Below are positions 21,951-32,057 of a DNA stretch of 64,000 nt, piece by piece (the first letter of the stretch is position 1; every line of letters begins with the position of its first letter). The notes beneath the pieces are model-generated. The model worked only from the letters and a program-made list of their open reading frames with translations, was not told the DNA's origin and ran no database searches. The stretch is taken from NCBI GenBank assembly GCA_964016885.1, contig OZ024744.1, positions 97,960,001 to 98,024,000 on the forward strand, given 5' to 3'. Source of the stretch: Eledone cirrhosa. Lineage: Eukaryota. The position numbers and the translations under genes were made by a program.

Positions 21951-24199
21951 ATTGAAGAATTTCACTTTCTATCGGCAAGATCTCATACGGCTGTTTACAG
22001 AAACCATTAAAGGCACACAAGAACTGCCCAGATGGTTATCAACTGCCACTACTCTCCTCATTCCCCAAAATAGCCAAACCGCCCAATAGCCTGCCAAAAC
22101 ATCATGTATAAATTATATACTGGGTGCCTTAACCTGTTCTTACAGGATCACTGTGCTACCAACAACATCATAACACCTGAGCAAGCTGGTGGAAAGAGGG
22201 AGGTGTGGGGTTGCATAGATCACCTACTAACTAATAAAATGATTCAGGAAAAAACAACAAAGAATCGCAGAAACATGACCGTGGTGTGGTTGGACTATCA
22301 AAAAGCATTTGATAGTGTACCTCATGGGTGGATTATTAAGGCTTTCCAGTTAGCCAAAGTTTCACAACCGTTGGTAGCTGCTGTTGAACGCCTGACCAAG
22401 AACTGGTACACCAATTTGATCCTTAGAGGTGAGAAGGAGCAAGTTAGGACTGATAAGATACATTACCAGAAGGGCATCTTTCAGGGTGATAGCTTGTCAG
22501 TGCTACTCTTCGTTCTCTCACTAAATCCACTATCTTACCTACTCAGGAAACAAGGTGGACAAAAAAGTGGGTTCAGAAGTATCTCCCATCTTTTCTTTGT
22601 TGATGACCTGAAGTTGTATGGGCCAAATATCAATGACATCAAGAAACAATTGGACCTCATTACACAATTTTCAACAGACATCAAAATGAAATTTGGTGAG
22701 TCCAAGTGTGCATATTTGGCAGTAAAACGTGGAAGAGCTGTGCCCTCCTCTAAAGATCTAGAGATGAACGGCCTGACAATACAACCTCTACAGTCAGGTG
22801 ACAACTACAGATATCTTGGACAGGATGAGAATGTCAGATATAATGGACCCATAAATAAAGAGAGAACCAGAACTGAATACCTCAGAAGAGTAAAGAAAAT
22901 ATGGTCATCAGAACTGTCAGCGTACAACAAATACATTGCCCACAATACTTATGGTGTGACAATTCTAACGCCAACATTTGGCCTTCTGAACTGGTCATTG
23001 CAAGAACTAAGTGAGATGGATGTTAGAACTCGCAAACTTCTCAGTGTTACTGGGAACTTTAACATCAATGGTGATGTGGATAGGCTATACTTCTCACGCA
23101 AGGAAGGTGGCCGGGGTCTAAAATCAATATTAACAACATATGAGACCCGGATAGTAACACTGAAGCAACACCTTCAACAGAGGAAAAAGGTCAGCAACCA
23201 TCTTGCCCAGGTTTATGAGCATGAAAAAAAATATATCATTAGAATAGCGACTGATCTGGAGGGGAGATATGGAATAAAGCCTGATATAAATCTCTCACCC
23301 AGAGAAATCGGAAGATCCTATTCAATGTTCAAACAAGATGAAAAAATTGACCAATTTACAGAAAAAGTTGTGCATGGATACTTGAGACGTAAAACACAGA
23401 CCATAGAGGGGATAAACCACTCAAAAAGCCTGGCATGGATTTCCGACAAGTATATGACATCACACCTTGAGGGATATCTCTATGCAATACAGGAACAAGA
23501 ACTCCCTACCAAATATCTGCTGCACAAAAGGGGAGGGCCAGCAGCTGACAATAAATGTAGGCTATGTAAAACAAAGATCGAGGATGTAAGCCACATTATT
23601 GCCAGCTGCGAAAGAATGTCATATCGCTACTACCTCCCCATGAGACACGGTGGAATAGCTAGAACCATCTGGAACGCACTTCGGAAAACAAAATTAACAA
23701 CAAACGAGGAAGAATATATTGAGACAGATGGCACCAAGGAATACTGGTGGAACCTGAAAATAAAAACTGCCACCAAATTAAAGCACAACCGGCCTGATAT
23801 TGTTGTTTGGGACCACACATTGAAAACGTGTTCTGTTGTGGAGATCAGCTGCCCACTTGATGTAAACGTTGTCAGAAAAATACAGGAGAAGGAGGACATC
23901 TACGGACCATTGATGAGGAGTTTACAAATCCAGTATCCAAGATACACCTTTAGCTTCATACCCATCCTTATTGGAGCTACGTGTTATATACCAACCCGCT
24001 TGGACCAAAGTATGACTGAACTTGGATTTGCGGACAAAAAGCGCAGCTCCCTAATTCATAGTCTACAAATAGCTGGCACCTTCAAAATTTGCAAAACATT
24101 CTTGCGATTCAAGGGATGACAATTTCTTTTCTTTTACAACCTTGCCACCAGGAAGGTGGCCGGTCAAAAAAAATATACTCGAAATTAAGAGAAAGAGAT
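21951..24199 (+). mobile_element. 5'-truncated R4/Dong-like RLE non-LTR retrotransposon between (CATA)n tracts
   Basis: ORF below. (CATA)n at 21928-21950 and 24200-24250. Confidence 0.85.
22104..24119 (+). CDS. R4-clade RT plus restriction-like endonuclease (partial, 671 aa)
   Basis: WLDYQKAFDSVPH, GIFQGDSLS, FVDD, GGRGL, AIQEQ, CRLC...H...C, RH, NRPDIV...VEIS (PD-D/E-type). Confidence 0.88.
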   Translation: MYKLYTGCLNLFLQDHCATNNIITPEQAGGKREVWGCIDHLLTNKMIQEKTTKNRRNMTVVWLDYQKAFDSVPHGWIIKAFQLAKVSQPLVAAVERLTKNWYTNLILRGEKEQVRTDKIHYQKGIFQGDSLSVLLFVLSLNPLSYLLRKQGGQKSGFRSISHLFFVDDLKLYGPNINDIKKQLDLITQFSTDIKMKFGESKCAYLAVKRGRAVPSSKDLEMNGLTIQPLQSGDNYRYLGQDENVRYNGPINKERTRTEYLRRVKKIWSSELSAYNKYIAHNTYGVTILTPTFGLLNWSLQELSEMDVRTRKLLSVTGNFNINGDVDRLYFSRKEGGRGLKSILTTYETRIVTLKQHLQQRKKVSNHLAQVYEHEKKYIIRIATDLEGRYGIKPDINLSPREIGRSYSMFKQDEKIDQFTEKVVHGYLRRKTQTIEGINHSKSLAWISDKYMTSHLEGYLYAIQEQELPTKYLLHKRGGPAADNKCRLCKTKIEDVSHIIASCERMSYRYYLPMRHGGIARTIWNALRKTKLTTNEEEYIETDGTKEYWWNLKIKTATKLKHNRPDIVVWDHTLKTCSVVEISCPLDVNVVRKIQEKEDIYGPLMRSLQIQYPRYTFSFIPILIGATCYIPTRLDQSMTELGFADKKRSSLIHSLQIAGTFKICKTFLRFKG

Positions 24200-24250
24200 A
24201 TATACATTCATACATACATACATACATACATACATACATACATACATACA

Positions 24251-24730
24251 TGATGGCTGCAAACTCTGCTAAGAGTACTGCAATCACTTGTCAGATTACA
24301 TGGTTTGGTGCACTTTTAGGCAACGGCCAGTCACACGAACCTGTAACAGATCCTGAACAAGCAATGCCTGTGCTTTGAAGGTTTTTTAAGTGGTGAAACG
24401 CCTTCCACTCGACCAATCCCACTCTCTGAACATCGAAAATACTACCCGAAAAGGAGAAACTGGTCAACATCATCAGATGCTTCCGAAGCCGCAGGTTTTT
24501 TTTTTTGTTGCTTTTTTTCAGAGTTTCCCTCTCTTAAAAAGATGCTACGATAACTGGGGGCCTTTCACTCCAAGGGGGAAAAAAGTACTATTTGGATGGC
24601 CGTTGACTCTGCTGAGTTCCTCCTCACCAAGCTAGCTTGGTGGGGTTGCCGGTTTAGTCGCCGACGACCCGACCATTTGACAGGTTGTACTGGGTTACAT
24701 GTTACCAGTAGCACTCGAGAGCGACCTGAC
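24251..24730 (-). mobile_element. Short non-coding RTE-related element with an (ATGT)n tail
   Basis: Shares AGAGTCAA(C/T)GGCCATCCAAA and GGAAACTCTGA with 21830-21915, and shares the 3' hairpin plus GCAGCCATCAT(GTAT)n. Confidence 0.55.
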
Positions 24731-25737
24731 ATATACATATATATCTACATACCTACATACATACATACATACATACATACATACATACAAACATACATAC
24801 ATAATTACATACATACAAACATACATACATACATACATACATACATACATACATACATACAAACATACATACATACATACATACATACATACATACATAC
24901 ATACATACATACATACAAACATACATACATAATTACATACATACAAACATACATACATACATACATACATACATACATACATACATACAAACATACATAC
25001 ATAATTACATACATACAAACATACATACATACATACATACATACATACATACATACATACATACATACAAACATACATACATAATTACATACATACAAAC
25101 ATACATACATACATACAAACATACATACAAACATACATACATACATACATACATACATACAAACATACATACATACATACATACATACATACATACATAC
25201 ATACATACATACATACATACATACATAATTACAAACATACAAACATACATACATACATACATACATACATACATACATACATACATACATACATACATAC
25301 ATACAAACATACATACATAATTACATACATACATACATACATACAAACATACATACATAATTACATACATACAAACATACATACATACATACATACATAC
25401 ATACATACATACATACATACATACATAATTACAAACATACAAACATACATACATACATACAAACATACATACATACATACATACATACATACATACAAAC
25501 ATACATACATAATTACATACATACAAACATACATACATACATACATACATACATACATACATACATACATACATACAAACATACATACATAATTACATAC
25601 ATACAAACATACATACATACATACATACATACATACATACAAACATACATACATAATTACATACATACAAACATACATACATACATACAAACATACATAC
25701 ATACATACATACATAATTACAAACATACAAACATACA
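24731..25737. repeat. About 1-kb (ACAT)n microsatellite with recurring ACAA/AATT variants
   Basis: Seen directly. Confidence 0.95.
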
Positions 25738-26577
25738 TGGGTCTAAAATCCATATTAACATCATACGAGACCCGGAAAGTAACACTGAAGCAACGTCTTC
25801 AACAGAAGAAAAAGTCAGCAACCATTGTGCCCAGGTTTATGAGCATAAAGGTAATAATAGTTTCTACTATTGGCACAAGGCCAGCAATTATCCCAGTGCA
25901 TTACTGGTACTTTATTTTATCGACCTCGTAAGGATGAAAGGCAAAGCTAACCTCGGGGGGATTTGAACTTAGACCGTAAAGGGCCGTAACTCTATGCTGC
26001 AAAGCATGGCGTCTGATCCCCTACCGATACAGCAAATCTACGCATGAAGGTAATAATTGTTTTTACTTTTGGCACAAGGCCAGCAATTATCCCAGTGCAT
26101 TACTGGTACTTTATTTCATCGACTCCGTAAGGATGAAAGGCAAAGTTAACCTCGGCGGGATTTGAACTCAGAATGGCAAGGGACGTAACTCTATGCGTCA
26201 AAGCATGGCGTCCTAGGAAAGCCACTGATCTGGAGGAGAAACATGGAAGATCCTATTCAATGTTCAAACAAGATTTTTAAAATGGACCAAATCACAGAGA
26301 AAGTTCTGCATGGGTACCTAAGACGAAAACCTCAAACCATAGATGTGATAAATCATTCAAAAAGCCTGGCATGGAGTTCCGACAAGTTTATGACATCCCA
26401 CCTTGAAGGATATCTCTATGCAATACAGGAACAAGAAATCCCTACCAAATATTTGCTACACAAAAGAGGAGGGCCATCAGTCGACAATAAATGTAGGCTA
26501 TGTAAAACAAAGATCGAAGATGTTAGCCACATTGTTGCCAACTTTGAAAGAATGTCGTTTCGCTACTACCTCCCTAT
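25738..26577 (+). pseudogene. Second R4-like fragment, interrupted by two SINEs (25853-26043 and 26052-26215, both minus strand)
   Basis: GLKSILTSYETR... and ...AIQEQEIPTKYLL...CRLC are homologous to 23115-23640. The fragment begins and ends at CATA repeats. Confidence 0.85.
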
Positions 26578-26625
26578 ACATACATACCCAAATAAGTCAA
26601 CTGACAAACAAGGGAGTGAACTGTG

Positions 26626-27069
26626 AACAAAGAATCCTTTAATACATCAAAAGTTTTTATTAGCCGTCAATGTTTCGTCCTATTAAGGACTCATCAGGGC
26701 AATCAAAACAACAAGAGGTAATTTCGGCAGATACAAGCCAGAAACTCTGAAGAATATGGAGTGTACATACACTAATGTCTTGCAAAGATATACGATAAGA
26801 AAAATGAAAATAAAGATAAAAATAATAAAATTATATAATAACTAAGGATGTAGATAACATTAAGAACCATATTACAAATATAGTCCAAAGCCACCAACTT
26901 AAATCTAAACAAATTTGGTTATATAGAGCAGGAATTATATATAACACAATATAATACATTATAATAATAATATATTTATACCAACATTAAAATTCCAAAT
27001 TAAAACTCAGAAGGTACAATATATACATGTATATATGTGCGCGCACACACACACACACACACACACATA

Positions 27070-27135
<66 letters not shown>

Positions 27136-27548
27136 ACATATATACATGTATATATTGTACCTTCTGAGTTTTAATTTGGAATTTTAATGTTGGTATAAAT
27201 ATATTATTATTATAATGTATTATATTGTGTTATATATAATTCCTGCTCTATATAACCAAATTTGTTTAGATTTAAGTTGGTGGCTTTGGACTATATTTGC
27301 AATATGGTTCTTAATGTTATCTACATCCTTAGTTATTATATAATTTTATTATTTTTATCTTTATTTTCATTTTTCTTATCGTATATCTTTGCAAGACATT
27401 AGTGTATGTACACTCCATATTCTTCAGAGTTTCTGGCTTGTATCTGCCGAAATTACCTCTTGTTGTTTTGATTGCCCTGATGAGTCCTTAATAGGACGAA
27501 ACATTGTCGGCTAATAAAAACTTTTGATGTATTAAAGGATTCTTTGTT
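26626..27548. repeat. About 920-bp near-perfect fold-back (arms of about 415 bp around (CA)n/(TG)n), probably inverted pLTRs
   Basis: 26626-27040 is the reverse complement of 27132-27548 with few mismatches. Confidence 0.95.
27471..27515 (+). ncRNA. Minimal type-I hammerhead ribozyme
   Basis: gcc-CTGATGA-gtcc(ttaata)ggac-GAAAC-att-GTC-ggc: canonical core with a GUC triplet, followed by AATAAA. Confidence 0.85.
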
Positions 27549-27556
27549 TTACTCTC

Positions 27557-27636
<80 letters not shown>

Positions 27637-27779
27637 AATTAAAATACTAGAGTGCGTTGGAGTAAAACACACTCGTCGTATTATAGAAATGACAGTATAG
27701 GATATAGCTCAATGTAATACGACAGAGCCGAAAAAAATATATATTACCTGTTCCAGCCATCCAGCTGAGTCTATGCTGG

Positions 27780-27830
<51 letters not shown>

Positions 27831-28034
27831 GTACCGATTGTGTTATTATTTCTGTTTACCTTTTACATACATACATATATATATATATATATAATGAATG
27901 TTCCGGGGTTGTGCCGGGGGATAACAACAGTTAAAAAAGGGTACTCACTACGTTGGTATAGTATAGGTATCTTTATTATATATATAGAAATGACTTCTAC
28001 AAGACTAGAACTGTTTCATTCGTAAAATCATCTG

Positions 28035-28086
28035 GACATTCCTGATGATTTCATACGAATGAAACAGTTCTAGTCCTGTAGAAGTC
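28035..28086 (+). ncRNA. Type-I hammerhead-like motif within a fold-back (about 27978-28098)
   Basis: gac(a)ttc-CTGATGA-t-ttc/gaa-t-GAA-acag/ctgt-A-gaagtc. Confidence 0.6.
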
Positions 28087-28359
28087 ATTTCTATATATAA
28101 ACTATATAAGAATAACATTAAGAAAGATGCTGCGATTACATAAAGTGTTTATTCATTATAATTATTTTTATGGATACCCTTATGCAATCCAAGATGTAGT
28201 ATTTACATTTGTTGCTGGTATGGTAGCTATTTCTTCAGGTGAAGCATTCGTTTATGTGATATGTTGCAGGTAAAAACATGTTCTTTTTCTTGCATGCCCA
28301 GCAAACTTTCTTCTGCTTACTCCTGTTTTAGCCATAACAAAATTGTTATAGAACATATA

Positions 28360-28694
28360 ATGTGTGTTTGTGTGTGAGTGTGTGTGTGTGTGTGTGTATG
28401 TGCGAGTGTGTGTATGTGTGTGTGTATGTGCGAGTGTGTGTATGTGTGTCTGTGTGTGTGTTTATTTGTGTGTGTCTGTGTGTGTTTTTTGTGTGTGTGT
28501 CTGTGTGTGTGTGTCTGTGTCTGTGAGTGTTTGTATATGAGTGTGTGTGTGTATGTGTGTGTGTGTGTGTCTGTCGGTGGCTGTGTGTGTGAGTGTTTGT
28601 ATATGAGTGTGTGTGTGAGTGTGTTTATGTGTGTGTGTGTGTATGTGTCTGTGAGTGTGTGTGTGAGTGTGTTTATGTGTGTGTGGGTGTGTGT

Positions 28695-28725
<31 letters not shown>

Positions 28726-28810
28726 AGTGTGCTTATGTGTGTGTGTGTCTCTGTCTCTGTGTGTGTGTGTATGTATGTGTGTGTGTGTGTGTGTATGTGT
28801 GTGTGTGCGC
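28360..28810. repeat. Degenerate (GT)n tract
   Basis: Seen directly. Confidence 0.9.
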
Positions 28811-29190
28811 GCTCGTGCTGATTTTCATAATAATTTGACATCAAATAAACAATTAATCGTCGGCTGTTTACAATATAGATATCTTCCAGCGACATATTTA
28901 TTTATTGGTTAATGTAATCTCAATAATTCTTTTATCTTTCATCTACTGTGGAAGAACAATTATGTTCAAGTTATAAACTGTGTGTAGTACCGTCATACAG
29001 TTCCTAAGTGATCAAACTAATATATTTGTTATACATATAGGCTCCGTTCCAGATATTAATGCATTCAAAACCGATGATTAGACATAATAAAATGCATGTA
29101 CAAGTTCTGATAATGGCGAATACGATCCTTTACCAATAATGTCTATGAAACTGACAATTTTTTTAATACCGTGTATTAAAATACGTGAAT

Positions 29191-29225
<35 letters not shown>

Positions 29226-29231
29226 ATATGT

Positions 29232-29696
<465 letters not shown>

Positions 29697-31820
29697 CAGT
29701 GGCGTAGCTAGGGTAAACGGCGCCCAGGGCAAGCATCAAAATTGTTCGTTCAAACTCTTCGATTTCTGCACTCAAAAGGGCGAGGTCAGTCAGCCGTTGT
29801 TGGCCCATTGAGGTTCGCAAGTACGAATGTATTAGCTTCAGCTTGCTGAACGACCTCTGGTAACTGGCAATTGAAATAGAAATCGTCAACATTATTTGAA
29901 TGCTAATTCGCAAATTGGGAAAAACACATTCATCGCCGCATTGTATGATTAATTGGAGAAGTGCCTCCGGCTTTAAAATTGGGTCAGCTGTCCTAGTAGC
30001 CAGCAAAGATCGGCAGTCGAAGATTTCCTCATACAATTGCTCTCCGTCGATGTTGGAGTTGTATAGTTCCGCAAGACTGTTGCACCTTTGTTTAAGGACA
30101 AGGTTATCAGGAGCAGCCAAATAAAACAGATAGTTGACATCAAGAAGAAAGCCAAAACTTGAGTCGGTTTCCTTAAGTCGAATAAACCGTTCTTCCATTT
30201 CTGTTTGAAGACGATTGAGTGAACTTTGCATTGCTTTCTCTATCTCTTTTCTGGCAGCCACCTCGACGTCCTCAATAATTTCGGTATTGGTTTTTCGTCT
30301 TCCTCGCCTCCTCGGAAAATCGACATGGCATTTCTGGCAGAGGTCGAAGCCCATTTCAAGAGACTCGTGGATTAAGGATGTTCCTTCTTCTTTAAAATAA
30401 AGTTGAAGGGCTCCTATATCAGCTGCAGCATCGTGAAAATTCATTCTTGGATCTTGAAGTCTCTTTTGAACCCGGTCAATTCGTGAGAGAATCGTGTTCC
30501 AGAATCCAATCAAGTTCAGGAATTCATAACTCAGTATCCGATTATGGAGATTACTGGCATCACTTCGACTCTCGCATGTCTCTGTTTCACTAATTTTTTC
30601 GAGAACTTGAACAATCAGCGTCAAATAATTCGCCACCGGTCTGACTGCAGTACATCTAGCACTCCACCGCGTGTCGGAAGGATATTTAACAACCACCGGA
30701 GCAACTTCTTTCAGGGCTTCCCATCGTCGTGTTGAACGAGAAAAAAAGTTGTATAACGAGTCAATGCAACTGAAAAAGTTCATCAGCATAATCGTTTTTG
30801 GCTGCATGAAGACCAGCCAGATTAAGTGAATGGTTATCGCAATTAACGAAGTGAATCAAATTATTCTTCTCTCTCATTCTCTGCTGAACCCCACTGCGGT
30901 GCCCAGCCATTATGGCAGCATTGTCGTAGCACTGCTATCGACAGTTCTGCAGTGGTAGGTCATCTTTTTCTAGCTCTTTCACGATTGTTTCAACAAGGCT
31001 TGCGGCATCTTTTTTGATTACTTGAATGAATCCAAGAAAAGATTCCCTCACAACGACCGTCTTCATATTGAAATCAACATCGACATATCGCACAACTTTG
31101 GACAGTTGTTCTCGGTGCGCCTGGTCAGGGGTCGAATCAATCAGCAGACCATAGTATCTTGCTTTTTCGATACGATTTAGTAAATTCTGACGAACTGTGG
31201 AGGCCATGATGTGGATGAACTAATTTTGTATATCTGGCGAAAGATAGGACGTGGACCCAGGATGTATTTCTACATGATTGAGGTGCTCTTTCGTGACAGA
31301 GTCAAAGGTAGCAAGCAGTTTAAGCAATCCTTTTAAATTTCCGACGTTGAGCTCGTCCTTTAGCTGAAGTGACTCTCTGTGTCCTCTTAAAGCTAGATTG
31401 TGAGTCGCTAAGAATTTGATATAGTGGAGAATTCTAGTTAAAATTTCGCGCCACTTCTGTCTTTCATTTTTTATCTGTAACTGAAATTCCGCGTCAATAA
31501 GCCCGTCATTTACTGCGACTTTTCTCTCCATTTCTTTGCACAGTGTAAAGCATTCACGATGATTCTTAGAATTTTCGTGACTCCGCATTCTTTCTGTAAT
31601 TTATTTACATTATTCTTAACTCTGAAGCCGAGAATCATTCGGTTTCCTAAATACAATTTTAGTCTAGGACTTCATTTATACCATAAACGTGGTTCTGTCT
31701 TTGCGTGTAATTGTTTTCTCCGCTCCAAATAATGACGTATTATCTTCATTTTTTTCCGTTCTTTGCCAGGGAACGTTTCCACGAGCCAAAGTATCGTCTT
31801 CCTGTCTTCCTTCGGTTGCA
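29697..31820 (-). mobile_element. Decayed hAT-superfamily DNA transposon; transposase split by stops, 5' end missing
   Basis: TIR-like CAGTGGCGTAGCTAGGG at 29697. Motifs LALRGH, DSTPD...EQ, YDNAA, SDTRWS, FPNL...SFSKLKLI..YLR.SM.Q.RL (hATC dimerisation). Confidence 0.88.
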
Positions 31821-31867
31821 ACGTTTTTCGAAATATTTACTTCTGCGTTCACAGATTGATTTTTTTT

Positions 31868-31918
31868 AGTTTCAGAAGATCCCGTTAAGGGTGAAAGCAG
31901 CGATTCTTTGCTTAAACT
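31868..31918 (+). ncRNA. Variant type-I hammerhead-like motif (CAGAAGA core)
   Basis: agttt-CAGAAGA-t-ccc/ggg-t-GAA-agca/tgct-T-aaact. A second copy at 55855-55904 (-) has GAAA>GCAA. Confidence 0.55.
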
Positions 31919-32057
31919 TTAATCTGTTATTTTAATAAATATTTGCTCTACGGTTCTTATATATTTGATATATATTTATCCTTATCGAGCCCTCTTTGAA
32001 TTTTAGTCTTCAAATTTATTATTATTACTATTATTATTATTATTATTATTATTATTA

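Noticed and set aside
24590-24730. HDV-like ribozyme at the 5' end of an RTE-derived element
   Set aside because: Several hairpins are present, but I could not assemble the nested P1/P2/P3/P1.1 pseudoknot by eye. A descriptor search is needed.
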